A stretch of DNA of 64,000 nucleotides from an uncultured Spirochaetota bacterium (lineage in GTDB: Bacteria > Spirochaetota > UBA4802 > UBA5550): NCBI GenBank assembly GCA_963827275.1, contig CAWHAA010000004.1:64001-128000 (forward strand), given 5' to 3'. Position numbers and translations under genes: made by a program. Below are positions 20,174 to 29,703 of the stretch, one piece after another (position 1 is the first letter of the stretch; every line of letters begins with the position of its first letter). The notes below the pieces were generated by a model. It ran no database searches and had not been told where the DNA came from. It saw only the letters and a list, made by a program, of their open reading frames with translations.

Positions 20174-21667
20174 TCAGAGTGTTATAATGGTGACGAGGTG
20201 CCCGTCCACCACGGCATGGAGGGCCTCATGGGACTTCCCGTCAACCAGGATGATCGTTTTTTCCGGGCCGATCTCCCTGGCGGATGCGCGGCGCCACGCC
20301 TCGACGATGTGCATGCCTGATGCTTTTGAGACAGCCTCCTTTACCGACCACACCCGTATCGATGCTTCCATCTCTCCGAGGGCATGACCTCTGACCAGGG
20401 CTATCTCTTCATCATTCATGTAATGCCCCTGTCCTTTTAACACACGCCCGGTTATCTCCTCCACGTCGATACCGATCGGCTTTTCAGACACCGCCGCTAT
20501 GGCGAAGCGCGAGTCATGCGAGGCGGTGCAGCAGATTGAAGCCCCTCCGTCAGTGCGCGGGCAGAGGGGACGGCCGTCAGGCGACATGGTCGTAATGGCG
20601 TCAGGGGGCGTGGTCATGTCGTTGCCGGACAAACGCCGTGAGAGCGTTTTCAGGGCGAGGCGCGCCGAGCAGAAGCTCCGCATGCGCTTCTCGCGCATGG
20701 ATGCGGACCGCTCCCGCTCAGGAGCGGAGAGTATTTTTTCACAGGCCCCTGTCACGGTGACAAGCTCGATCACGCACAGGTCGGCGCACCGCCGCCGGAG
20801 CGCGGCGAGCGGGTCCTCGCCGCCGGCAATAATCCATGGCGGGGGCAGGAGCGTCTTCCCGCTCACGTCCTTCATGCCGAGGCCGCGGACCTCCTCGCAC
20901 AGGGCGCCGCTTTCATCAAAGATGAATATGTCAAACATGAGCGTTTCACCGGCCGGCTTCTTCGGAACGACCCTGGCGATGTAGGTTTCACCGGCCCGTG
21001 TTGGCGTATGGATGTACCTGGTGTCCATATGGACCGGGAACCCCACGATGCCCGCATGCCGCTGCCCCCACGCGCAGGCGGCATGGAAGGAGGCGTCGAG
21101 CGGAAAGGGCGATCCGAGCGGCCCGGAGGGCGCCTCCGGGGTACCCCCGCTCACGATGGCGAGGGCGCCGCTCCCCGTGACATGGAGCGAGCGTATGTTC
21201 CGGTATGCGGGCCCGAAAGGAACAAGCTGGCCGTAAATTCGTTCCGGCTCGGGGCTGGCGCAGATGCCGTCAAGTGCGAGGGCGGCATCGAGGGGCGGCG
21301 CCGGCGGCAGGCCGGCGGACGCGTTGAAGGTGCAGGAGGCATGCACAAGCTTTCGGGTGATGGAGGTCGTGCCGGCTTTTCGGACGGTGACCAGGGCCGC
21401 GGCAACTGATCCTTCGGTGTTCACTGAAGCTTCGGTTTCCGCCTCAAGCGATGTTGAACCAGTCCCGATGTCGAGGAAGCGGGGAAAGTCGGCGTTGCTG
21501 ATGCGGCGGGGATTGAGTTCCTTGCTCGCTGATACCGCGGCCGCCGCCAGCACCTGCATCGCCTCGACGGCCGGGAACACGGCGCGGCCGCGGAACACGT
21601 GGTCGCGGAGGTACTCGCGGACCGGGATGGTTACCGGTGCGCGGGTTATTTCGGGAAGGTCTTCCAT
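20174..21667 (-). CDS. PKS-type dehydratase fused to Sfp-type 4'-phosphopantetheinyl transferase
   Basis: N-terminal DHVFRGRAVFP (HxxxGxxxxP), FGPAY and LDASFH. C-terminal SHD, IGIDVE and WSVKEAVSKA. Confidence 0.82.
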   Translation of the reverse strand: MEDLPEITRAPVTIPVREYLRDHVFRGRAVFPAVEAMQVLAAAAVSASKELNPRRISNADFPRFLDIGTGSTSLEAETEASVNTEGSVAAALVTVRKAGTTSITRKLVHASCTFNASAGLPPAPPLDAALALDGICASPEPERIYGQLVPFGPAYRNIRSLHVTGSGALAIVSGGTPEAPSGPLGSPFPLDASFHAACAWGQRHAGIVGFPVHMDTRYIHTPTRAGETYIARVVPKKPAGETLMFDIFIFDESGALCEEVRGLGMKDVSGKTLLPPPWIIAGGEDPLAALRRRCADLCVIELVTVTGACEKILSAPERERSASMREKRMRSFCSARLALKTLSRRLSGNDMTTPPDAITTMSPDGRPLCPRTDGGASICCTASHDSRFAIAAVSEKPIGIDVEEITGRVLKGQGHYMNDEEIALVRGHALGEMEASIRVWSVKEAVSKASGMHIVEAWRRASAREIGPEKTIILVDGKSHEALHAVVDGHLVTIITL

Positions 21668-22125
21668 AGGTGGACCGTCTTCTCATCCACCGCGACCGGC
21701 TTACCCGCTTTATTCAGGGCGCAGTGCCTGGTGAACCCGCGGCAGATGAGCGCGCCGGACTCCGCGTGGGTTATGAGGTAATCGAATTTCAGCTTTACCC
21801 GCTCGAGCTCTATGGGCCGGGTATGGATCCAGATCAGGTCGTCGTAGTAGAGCGGCTTGTAGAAGGTAATTCCCAGGTCGATGATCGGGTACACGAACCC
21901 GCTGTCTTCGATCTCGCGGTAGGGGTAGGCGGCGTCGCGCATGAGTGACGCCCTGCCGAGCTCGAAGTAGCGCAGGTAGTTGGAATGGTACACGACCTCG
22001 GAGCGGTCAGTGTCCGCGTACAGGGTACGGTGCTGGCACCGGTGCCAGATCATGCCGGAATTCGCGTCCCGCACGAACCGCCCGTCGTCCCCGTATATCT
22101 CAGGCCTGAATGGCTTCGGCTTCAC
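21646..22125 (-). CDS. acyl-CoA/ACP thioesterase (YbgC/4HBT hotdog family)
   Basis: YADTD-x-x-x-VVYHSNYLRYFELGR; GTG start 1 nt after the upstream KS stop. Confidence 0.88.
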   Translation of the reverse strand: MKPKPFRPEIYGDDGRFVRDANSGMIWHRCQHRTLYADTDRSEVVYHSNYLRYFELGRASLMRDAAYPYREIEDSGFVYPIIDLGITFYKPLYYDDLIWIHTRPIELERVKLKFDYLITHAESGALICRGFTRHCALNKAGKPVAVDEKTVHLWKTFPK

Positions 22126-22126
22126 G

Positions 22127-23392
22127 CTATACCCCCCTGAACACGACGCAGCAGTTGGTCCCGCCGAAGCCGAAGGCATTCGAGAGGACGATCCCGTGCG
22201 CCTGCCGCCGCGCAGCGTTCGGGACCACGTCGATCCCCGCGAGCGCCGGGTCAGGCACGTGGTTCATGGTGGGGAGTATGATTCCCTGCCGCATCCCCTC
22301 TATGGCGAAGGCCGCTTCGATCGCGGCCGCGCCCCCCAGGGTGTGCCCGATCTGCGATTTGTTCGATGATACCGGGACCCTGCCGGCATGGGTGCCGAAC
22401 ACCTGCTTGATGCACTCGATCTCGGTCGAATCGCCCTTGGGAGTGGACGTGCCGTGCGCGTTGATGTACTGGATGTCGCCCGGGACGAGACCGGCGTCAT
22501 CGATCGCCATTTTCATGGCGAGGATGATGGTCTCCATGTTCGGCCGGGTAATGTGGTGGGCGTCGGAGTTCCATCCCACGCCGAGCACCTCTGCCCGCGG
22601 CGAGAGGCCGTGCGCCGCGACCATGTCGTCGGCCGCCAGGACGATCACCCCGGCGCCTTCGGAGAGGACAAACCCCTTCCGGTCGATGCTGAAGGGCCGC
22701 GAGGCCTGGCCCGGGTCGTCGTATGCGCGGTCGCCCTGCTTTATCTTCACGGTCGCGTTCATGTTTTCGAAGCCGTGGATGATCTCCGGAATCACGCAGG
22801 TGTCCACGCCGCCGGCGAGGACAAAGTCGGCGTCACCGTCGCGTATCATGCGCGCGCCGATGCCGATGGCGTGGTTGCCGGACGCGCACGCGCCCTCGGG
22901 GGCGAACACGGGGCCGGTGAAGCCCAGGAGCATCCCCGCCTTGCCGGAGGGGAGGTTCGCGCACAGGTTCGGCAGGAGGTAGGGGCTCACCTTCGACGGG
23001 CCCCTGCTGATATAGCCGTCCATCGCCTTGCGGTAGGCGTCGGACCCGTTCAGGGCGGAGCCGATCAGGCACGCGGTGCGGGGGCCGGTCTCGGCGTTGA
23101 TCTCCAGGCCCGCGTGCCGCACCGCCTCCTGGCAGACCGCCATGGTGAGGAGTACGAAATCCGCGTTCCAGTGGTAGATCTCCTTCTCGTCGGTGAAGTC
23201 GAGCGCGCGCGGGTCCCAGTCGGGGATCTCGCCCACGACGTCGCACGCGGAATGGACCTCGCACCGTGTCACCTTGCGGAACCCGGTCTCGCCCCTGACG
23301 GCGCGGGCCCAGGATTTCTCGAAGGTGGCGCCCAGCGGCGTGGCCGCCCCGTACCCTATGACATATACCCGTCTATTTTTCGGCGCTTTCAT
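22127..23392 (-). CDS. beta-ketoacyl-ACP synthase II (FabF-like)
   Basis: Complete Cys-His-His triad: GACASG, NAHGTST, KSQIGH. Ends SNAFGFGG. Confidence 0.92.
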   Translation of the reverse strand: MKAPKNRRVYVIGYGAATPLGATFEKSWARAVRGETGFRKVTRCEVHSACDVVGEIPDWDPRALDFTDEKEIYHWNADFVLLTMAVCQEAVRHAGLEINAETGPRTACLIGSALNGSDAYRKAMDGYISRGPSKVSPYLLPNLCANLPSGKAGMLLGFTGPVFAPEGACASGNHAIGIGARMIRDGDADFVLAGGVDTCVIPEIIHGFENMNATVKIKQGDRAYDDPGQASRPFSIDRKGFVLSEGAGVIVLAADDMVAAHGLSPRAEVLGVGWNSDAHHITRPNMETIILAMKMAIDDAGLVPGDIQYINAHGTSTPKGDSTEIECIKQVFGTHAGRVPVSSNKSQIGHTLGGAAAIEAAFAIEGMRQGIILPTMNHVPDPALAGIDVVPNAARRQAHGIVLSNAFGFGGTNCCVVFRGV

Positions 23393-23702
23393 TCTTTTTT
23401 CGTTGTCGATCTGATCGTTTTTGCATACCGGGAGACTCCGGTTATCAAAAAAACATGTCATTATTAAGAAAGAAGGTAATAATTAACAACTAAAATTTTG
23501 TTTGCCCCCGGTCTGCTTGCATAACAACAGGGAGACATAATGGAGTCATGGTAAATTCTATTCAATATAGGTATAAATATATAAAAAAAATTTAAGTGCC
23601 TATATCTGATCAAGCTCCAGATCAATAATTTACCGTCCAAACAGACTTAATACTATTGACATTATGATCGTGCGATGCGAAGATTATGATATGAGGTGTT
23701 AT

Positions 23703-24755
23703 ATGAAAACGTTACGTGTGACCGCGTTTTTTGCACTGCTATTCAGTATCTGTATCGTCATGTCGGCATGTGACAGTTCCGGCGGCGGCGAGATTATCCC
23801 CCCTGCGCCCGGGGCCGGCGATGATGATCCCGGTACTGGCGACCCCGGTACTGGCGATCCCGGTGCTGGCGACCCCGGGACCATTGATCCCGATCCCCTG
23901 ACCCTCGTGTTCGTCGGCGATACCATGATGGATCGAAAAGTCAAAAAGTCCGTTGTCAATAACGGGGACGGTGATTACCGTTTCCTCTTTCAATACATGG
24001 CGGATTACCTGGCCGGGGCTGATCTCGCGTTTACGAACCTCGAAAGCGTAATAAGCGATGCCGGAACCATGCAGGTATATTTTGAAATTGCATTTGAGGC
24101 GGATCCCGCCTCAATTGACGGCCTGACCTATGCCGGCATCGACGTGGTTTCGGTCGCCAACAACCATGCCTTTGATTATGGACGGACCGCGTTCGAAGAT
24201 TCCCTCTCGCGCCTGTCAGCTGCCGGCATTGCCGGCATCGGCGGCGGTGACTTTAACGAAGCCTACGCCCCAAGGGTATTCGACGTGAAGGGGACAACAA
24301 TAGCCTACCTTGCCTTTACCCTTGTCGGCCGGGAATCGACAATGCGGGTCGAGGAGGATGATCCCACCAAGGCAGGGGTCGCGTGGTATTATCCCGAGTA
24401 TGCGGACCCCGCGATCGAGCAGGCAAAGAGCCTGGCGGACGTAGTGGTCGTGTCGCTCCATTTCGGCGATGAATATGAAACAGAGCCTGATAGCGACCAG
24501 ATCGAGGTGGCACGGCATTGCATTGACCGGGGGGCACACCTTGTTGTCGGCCATCACCCGCACGTGGTCCAGCCGCTTGCGTCATACGGCGGCGGATATA
24601 TCGCCTACTCGCTGGGCAATTTCATATTTGACCAGAGCGACGAGGACACGCACCGGGGCATGGTCCTGGAGGTGACGGTCAGCGACAAGAAGATAACGAG
24701 CGCTGTCGATAAGTATATCGACATCAACGATTACTACCAGCCGGTCATGCAGTAG
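23703..24755 (+). CDS. CapA/PGA_cap family metallophosphoesterase-fold lipoprotein
   Basis: Lipobox MSA-C; VGD, NLE, ANNHAFDYG, HFG, GHHPH and YSLGNF motifs. Confidence 0.88.
   Translation: MKTLRVTAFFALLFSICIVMSACDSSGGGEIIPPAPGAGDDDPGTGDPGTGDPGAGDPGTIDPDPLTLVFVGDTMMDRKVKKSVVNNGDGDYRFLFQYMADYLAGADLAFTNLESVISDAGTMQVYFEIAFEADPASIDGLTYAGIDVVSVANNHAFDYGRTAFEDSLSRLSAAGIAGIGGGDFNEAYAPRVFDVKGTTIAYLAFTLVGRESTMRVEEDDPTKAGVAWYYPEYADPAIEQAKSLADVVVVSLHFGDEYETEPDSDQIEVARHCIDRGAHLVVGHHPHVVQPLASYGGGYIAYSLGNFIFDQSDEDTHRGMVLEVTVSDKKITSAVDKYIDINDYYQPVMQ
23826..23885 (+). repeat. 4 x 15-bp coding tandem repeat (DPGTG linker)
   Basis: gatcccggtactggc / gaccccggtactggc / gatcccggtgctggc / gaccccgggaccatt. Confidence 0.9.
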
Positions 24756-24838
24756 GGGCGCGGCTGCTTTCCGCCCCGTTTCGATGACGCCGGCATCCCC
24801 GCGCGTGGCGTTACCGGCAGTCAATGTGATGGAGAATC

Positions 24839-24871
24839 AAAAAAGGGCACTGTAACAGGTGCCCTTTTTTT
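24839..24871. terminator. intrinsic terminator (bidirectional type)
   Basis: AAAAAAGGGCAC-tgtaacag-GTGCCCTTTTTTT downstream of the CapA gene. Confidence 0.8.
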
Positions 24872-25035
24872 GCGGGGTTTCCGCACTCCCGCGTCGCGCG
24901 CGGCACGGGGCGCGTGAAATGCGGTCGCTGGAGAATACCGTTTCCCGGTAATGTGCGTTATATAAATTTATTGACAATAGAAAAAACCCGCAGTAGAAAC
25001 AATACCCTGAGCAAAACTTATGGCGAAGGAATTAC

Positions 25036-26520
25036 GTGAAGCGGGGATTGCTGCGAGCATTTACGTTTTTTATCTGCATGGCTGCACTGCATTCCTGCTC
25101 GTGCCTGGACGCGCCCCGGCTCCCGCGATATCTTCTGGCAATCCAAATACTGCGGAACATATATCCCTACTATGAAGGAACGACCTGTCCCGGTGAGATA
25201 AATACGGATGAAGCGGTCATTGCCGGGAACGTCTTCTATGTCAATCCGGCCCATCCGGGCGCGAGCATGTCAAACCCGGGAACGGAGGACCTCCCCTGGA
25301 CCACGTTCCAGGCAGTTATCGAGAACGGGAAAATCGAAACAATGGAACCCTCGGTCCATCCGTATTCGGTCTTCGCTTCCCTGAACGTCAAAAATCCGGG
25401 AGCGCCGGTACAGGCGGGGGACACCATCGTGTTACGAAGCGGCCATCATGGGAATATACTTGTTCAGGATTATTTTAATTCCGGGTATATCAATGTGATC
25501 GCGGATGCCGGCGCCACCGTGTCGCGCCTGCATGTCCAGTCCGGGTGCAGGTGGCGGTTCAAAGGCCTCACGATACGGCCTGACGCCGGGCCCGCGGAGG
25601 GATATTCCCTCGTGTTCCTTGAAACGCACGGCTGGCACGGGCCCGTGTATAATATAACCATTGATGACTGCAGCCTGTATTCCATCGATGATCCGTCGGG
25701 ATGGAGCATGGGCGACTGGGACACCCGCTCCTGCAACGGCATTGTCGCATCCGGGAACAACATGACCCTCAGGAGGAACTACCTGCGAAACGTGAACTTC
25801 GGCCTCACGATCTCGGGGAATTTCGGGCTGGCCAGGGGGAATACCATTGAAAACTTCGCCGGTGACGGGATGCGCGGCCTCGGCAATGACCTTTTTTTCG
25901 AATACAATATGGTGAGGAACTGCTATGACGTCAACGCGAACCATGACGACGGGTTCCAGTCCTGGTCCATTGACGACGATCCCCCCAGGGAACGCGTGGT
26001 CCTCCGCGGCAACGTGATCCTCAATTATACAGACCCGGCGCAGCCCTTCAGGGGCGCGCTCCAGGGCATCGGCTGCTTCGACGGCTTCTACATCAACTGG
26101 GTGATAGAGAACAACGTGGTCATAACCGACCACTGGCACGGGATATCGCTCTACGGCGCAATCAACTGCCGGATTGTGAACAACACGGTGGTTGACATCA
26201 ACGACGCGACGCCGGGCCCGCCCTGGATCGCGATCGTTCCGCACGGCAGCGGCCTGCCGAGCAGAAACTGCCTGATCCGCAACAATATCGCGACCGCCAT
26301 AACCGTCACCGGCGGCGTCACCGCGGACCATAATTACATTATAGGAAGTTTTGCCGATTACGGGGCACTCTTTGTCAACCCTGCCGCCAATGATCTGCAT
26401 GTAAATCCCGGCGCGCCGGTCGTTGACGCGGGCATCGCGGAATCCGCGCCCCTGTTTGATATCGACGGCACGGCGAGACCGCGCGGGGCCGGGTTTGATA
26501 TTGGCGCGTATGAGTATTGA
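25036..26520 (+). CDS. secreted right-handed beta-helix protein with C-terminal choice-of-anchor Q-like tail
   Basis: Signal/lipoprotein-like N-terminus, Asn-ladder repeats (IENN, IVNNT, IRNN), HDDGFQ, and C-terminal DIDGTARPRGAGFDIGAYEY. Confidence 0.75.
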   Translation: MKRGLLRAFTFFICMAALHSCSCLDAPRLPRYLLAIQILRNIYPYYEGTTCPGEINTDEAVIAGNVFYVNPAHPGASMSNPGTEDLPWTTFQAVIENGKIETMEPSVHPYSVFASLNVKNPGAPVQAGDTIVLRSGHHGNILVQDYFNSGYINVIADAGATVSRLHVQSGCRWRFKGLTIRPDAGPAEGYSLVFLETHGWHGPVYNITIDDCSLYSIDDPSGWSMGDWDTRSCNGIVASGNNMTLRRNYLRNVNFGLTISGNFGLARGNTIENFAGDGMRGLGNDLFFEYNMVRNCYDVNANHDDGFQSWSIDDDPPRERVVLRGNVILNYTDPAQPFRGALQGIGCFDGFYINWVIENNVVITDHWHGISLYGAINCRIVNNTVVDINDATPGPPWIAIVPHGSGLPSRNCLIRNNIATAITVTGGVTADHNYIIGSFADYGALFVNPAANDLHVNPGAPVVDAGIAESAPLFDIDGTARPRGAGFDIGAYEY

Positions 26521-26573
26521 GATATTCCTGTAAAGACCGTCCGGATTACGCAGGAGATATTCTGGAAGAATGA

Positions 26574-26605
26574 AGAAAGGGCGCCCCGGTCAGGGCGCCC
26601 TTTCT
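26574..26605. terminator. bidirectional intrinsic terminator
   Basis: AGAAAGGGCGCCC-cggtca-GGGCGCCCTTTCT between convergent genes. Confidence 0.8.
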
Positions 26606-26616
26606 GGTGTCGGCCG

Positions 26617-28044
26617 CTAGAATTTGAATATCACCCAGGGATCGGAGTAGAGGCCGTAGAGGCTCGACAGCTCCAGGTTGGTGAGATCGAACATCGATAT
26701 CGATGATTCCACCGGCTGGTCCGGGTCCGGCGCGTAGTACCCGTAGTTGGGCGGGTGCAGGAAGTCGATGAGGGACCGCGCTTTCGCGTTGTCGATCGTT
26801 CCGTACGCGTTGAGGATGAGGTCGGTCAGCGTCTCGTACCGCCAGGTCGAATCGGGGATGGCGCCCCCCAGGGTGAGGTACATGTCCGGGACCAGGTAGT
26901 GGTTCGTGGCGACCACGAGGTCGCTCTTGTTCTCGATCTGGCCGGGGATGTTCAGCATTTTTGCCCAGGACGGCTGGACATAGTCGTCATACCTGACCCG
27001 CTTCATGTTGGCCGATACCTCGACGAGTGCGCCCCCAATCTCGGCGCCGCGCCCGTCGCCGACGGGGAAGAGCCAGGACACGCCCAGCTTCTTTGTCGTC
27101 AGTATCGTTACGGCCTGGCTGAGCTCGCTCGCGTGCTGGAGCACATAGCGGTTGATCAGGAGGCCGCCCATCCCGAGCGCGTTCACGTTGTTGTTGCCGG
27201 AGGGGACCATGTCGATGCCGATGCCGATGCCCCTGTCGTTCATGCCGGCGGCGGTGCCCACGAACGAGGGGGCCATGACGCTGACGAAGCGGTTCCCCGT
27301 GTCGGGGACGTATTCGATGATGAGGCCGTACTTGTAATAGACCCCGTTGCCGAACATGAAGTCCCTGCCCATGAGCGTCCTGCCGTCAACCGTCGCCTTG
27401 CCCGTGGCGACAAAGGCGTTGCAGGCGTGCGGGACCGGCATGAGCGGGATTGCGAGCGGGATGAGGGGCGCGATGATGGGGTAGCCGATGCCGAGGATCG
27501 CGTCGAACGCGAGATTGTTCATCATCACGCTCTTGTAGTCCACCGGGTAGCCCGCGTCATTCGCGCCGTCGACGATGCCGTTCACCTCTTCGAGGAACTC
27601 TTCCGGGACCTCGCCGTCCCTGATCGACTTTTCGATCGGGATGTACAACAGGTTGACGAGCACCTTGACCCCGGCCTCGCCGCCGACGAGCTGGAGGAGC
27701 TGGTCAATTGTGACATCGAGCTCGAGCATGTGAATGATGAGCCCGCCCCAGAACTCTATCGACGCCATATGGGAGACCCCTTCGGCGCAGAGATAGCCGT
27801 GCTGGTATCCCATGTCATACGGCGATCCCTCGACATGGAGGAGCTTCTTCCCGTCGCTGTTGACGCCGAGGTACCCTATGCCGTCCGGCGCGTAGGTGCG
27901 GTCGGTGAAATCGTTGAGGTTGGAATAGGCGTAGCTCATCGCCAGCGGGTCCACCCAGTCGTACTCGAGATCGCATGCGGTGATGCCCGCGACGCTGCAG
28001 ATGATAACAAGAAACGCGGTGATACGTTTTCTGATCATGATCAT
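26617..28044 (-). CDS. C45 family autoproteolytic acyltransferase/hydrolase (Ntn hydrolase), lipoprotein
   Basis: Lipobox ITA-C; GSPYDMGYQHG; HA-C-NAF nucleophile; GRDF, GMNDRG and TNHY. Confidence 0.82.
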   Translation of the reverse strand: MIMIRKRITAFLVIICSVAGITACDLEYDWVDPLAMSYAYSNLNDFTDRTYAPDGIGYLGVNSDGKKLLHVEGSPYDMGYQHGYLCAEGVSHMASIEFWGGLIIHMLELDVTIDQLLQLVGGEAGVKVLVNLLYIPIEKSIRDGEVPEEFLEEVNGIVDGANDAGYPVDYKSVMMNNLAFDAILGIGYPIIAPLIPLAIPLMPVPHACNAFVATGKATVDGRTLMGRDFMFGNGVYYKYGLIIEYVPDTGNRFVSVMAPSFVGTAAGMNDRGIGIGIDMVPSGNNNVNALGMGGLLINRYVLQHASELSQAVTILTTKKLGVSWLFPVGDGRGAEIGGALVEVSANMKRVRYDDYVQPSWAKMLNIPGQIENKSDLVVATNHYLVPDMYLTLGGAIPDSTWRYETLTDLILNAYGTIDNAKARSLIDFLHPPNYGYYAPDPDQPVESSISMFDLTNLELSSLYGLYSDPWVIFKF

Positions 28045-28260
28045 ACCCCCCTTGAAAATATTGTCTGTCATCGCAGGGTGTACATCGAGTGTATCGAGAC
28101 GGCCCTCGCGGCGGCAGCACGGTACAGCAGAATAATGACTGATATGTCAGTCAAAGCAGGAAAAAGTAATTTGTCAAGAAAAAAACCGGACAGACGTATT
28201 TTTTTTGATGGTAGAATTATATATTCAAAATTGAGCATAGATGCAGCGGGAGGGTGGAAT

Positions 28261-29508
28261 TTATCCGGTCCGTTTGAATACGATACAGGAGTTGCACCCG
28301 CCGAAGCCGAAAGAGTTTTTAAGGGTGAATTCCTGAGACAGGCAGCGGGCCCCGTCCGCCACGCAGTCGAGCGGCAGCTCCGGGTCCGGGGCATAGTTGA
28401 TGGTGGGAAGCACGGTGTCGCGCAGCATGCCTTCCATGGCGAAGACGGATTCTATCCCGCTCGAGGCGCCCATGGCGTGACCGACCTGGGACTTGTTCGC
28501 CGATACCGGCGGGACCGCGTCCCCGAAAACGCTCTTCAGCGCGTCATATTCCACCTTGTCCCCGATCTTTGTCGAGGTCCCGTGGGCGTTGACCGCGTCA
28601 ATGCCTGACGGCGTTATGCCCGCCGCCGCTATGCTTTCGCCGATACAGCGCGTGACGGTCTCCGGGTTGGGCGCGACAAAGTGGTAGGCGTCGGATGTCA
28701 TGCTCCACCCGGCGATTGCGAGACGGTACGGGAGGCCGTGCGCCTCGGCGAATTCCCTCGTGGCGATAATGATTGCGGCAGCTCCCTCCGAGACGATGAA
28801 CCCGCGCCGGTCCAGCGAGAAGGGGCGGCTTGCCGCGCCGGGCTCCTCCGGCCGGTCCTCTTTATGCTTGTACGCGCCGTTCATCGAGGCGAACCCCGCC
28901 ACGATCGGCTCGACCAGGGGAAAATCGACCGCCCCGCAGATGACCGCGTCGGCAAGCCCCTGCCTGAGGAACATCGAGCCGATGATCATGGAGGTCGCCC
29001 CGGTCGCACAGGCGGTGATGGTGGCCGTGATGGGCCCGGTCGCCTTCGTCAGTATGGATATCTTGCCTCCCACCATGTTGATGCAGGAGTTGGGATTGGT
29101 GAAGGGGCTCGGTGTTTTCCTTTCTTTCACGATGAGCCGGTCCGCGGCGATGACCGCGTCGAGGCCGCCGACCGCGGTGCTGAAAGTGATGCCGACGCGC
29201 GGCGCCAGGTCCGGCGTGATCACGATGCCGCTCTTCTCGAGGGCCCGGTGCACGACCAGCATGGCGTGCCTGAAGATCGGCGACGTCCAGTGGGCCATCT
29301 CCCGCGGCGCGAGAAAGGGGTAGGGGGAGGCGTCGAACTCCTCCACCTGCCCGGCGATGCGCACGGGGAATTTTTCGTCGACGGGGAAGCGCGTGAGCAT
29401 CCCGATGCCGCTCTCGCCGCCCACGGCGCGGCCCCACTGCGTTTCCATGTCGGTGCCGAGCGGCGAGACCATATCGTATGCGAGTATTACAGGCTGTTTT
29501 GGGTCCAT
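28261..29508 (-). CDS. beta-ketoacyl-ACP synthase II (FabF-like)
   Basis: TACATG, NAHGTST, KSQVGH and NSFGFGG. Start moved to ATG 29508 because the longer ORF begins inside a repeat. Confidence 0.92.
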   Translation of the reverse strand: MDPKQPVILAYDMVSPLGTDMETQWGRAVGGESGIGMLTRFPVDEKFPVRIAGQVEEFDASPYPFLAPREMAHWTSPIFRHAMLVVHRALEKSGIVITPDLAPRVGITFSTAVGGLDAVIAADRLIVKERKTPSPFTNPNSCINMVGGKISILTKATGPITATITACATGATSMIIGSMFLRQGLADAVICGAVDFPLVEPIVAGFASMNGAYKHKEDRPEEPGAASRPFSLDRRGFIVSEGAAAIIIATREFAEAHGLPYRLAIAGWSMTSDAYHFVAPNPETVTRCIGESIAAAGITPSGIDAVNAHGTSTKIGDKVEYDALKSVFGDAVPPVSANKSQVGHAMGASSGIESVFAMEGMLRDTVLPTINYAPDPELPLDCVADGARCLSQEFTLKNSFGFGGCNSCIVFKRTG

Positions 29509-29528
29509 ATCAGGCAAATTCCTTATTT

Positions 29529-29657
29529 CCCCCCTGTCCCCCAATGGGGGCACGGGTGATTTTGCATTTCTTACAGGAAAACAGAGTAAAATGAGAAATT
29601 GCTATTATATTCATATATAATCAAACTATTACGCGCCCCCTCAGGGGGGCGGGGGGG
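29529..29657. repeat. inverted pair of the 26-bp palindromic repeat (REPIN/MITE-like)
   Basis: CCCCCCTGTCCCCCAATGGGGGCACG at 29529-29554 and a diverged inverted copy at ~29632-29657 flank an AT-rich core. Confidence 0.65.
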
Positions 29658-29703
29658 TCTTCACCGGAGAAGTGACAACCAGATGTAAAAAACCAGGGGC
29701 GTT

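Noticed and set aside
23826..23885. Tandem repeat as CRISPR or contingency locus
   Set aside because: In-frame 15-bp units encoding a Pro/Gly linker; no spacers, and copy-number change would not shift the frame.
26755..28608. 617-aa plus-strand ORF and similar long antisense ORFs (e.g. 4363-6135, 58839-60185)
   Set aside because: Shadows of GC-rich genes on the opposite strand, with no recognisable motifs.
29509..29553. N-terminal extension MPPLGDRGEIRNLPD of the FabF-like gene
   Set aside because: It begins inside the palindromic repeat; ATG 29508 gives a normal KS N-terminus.
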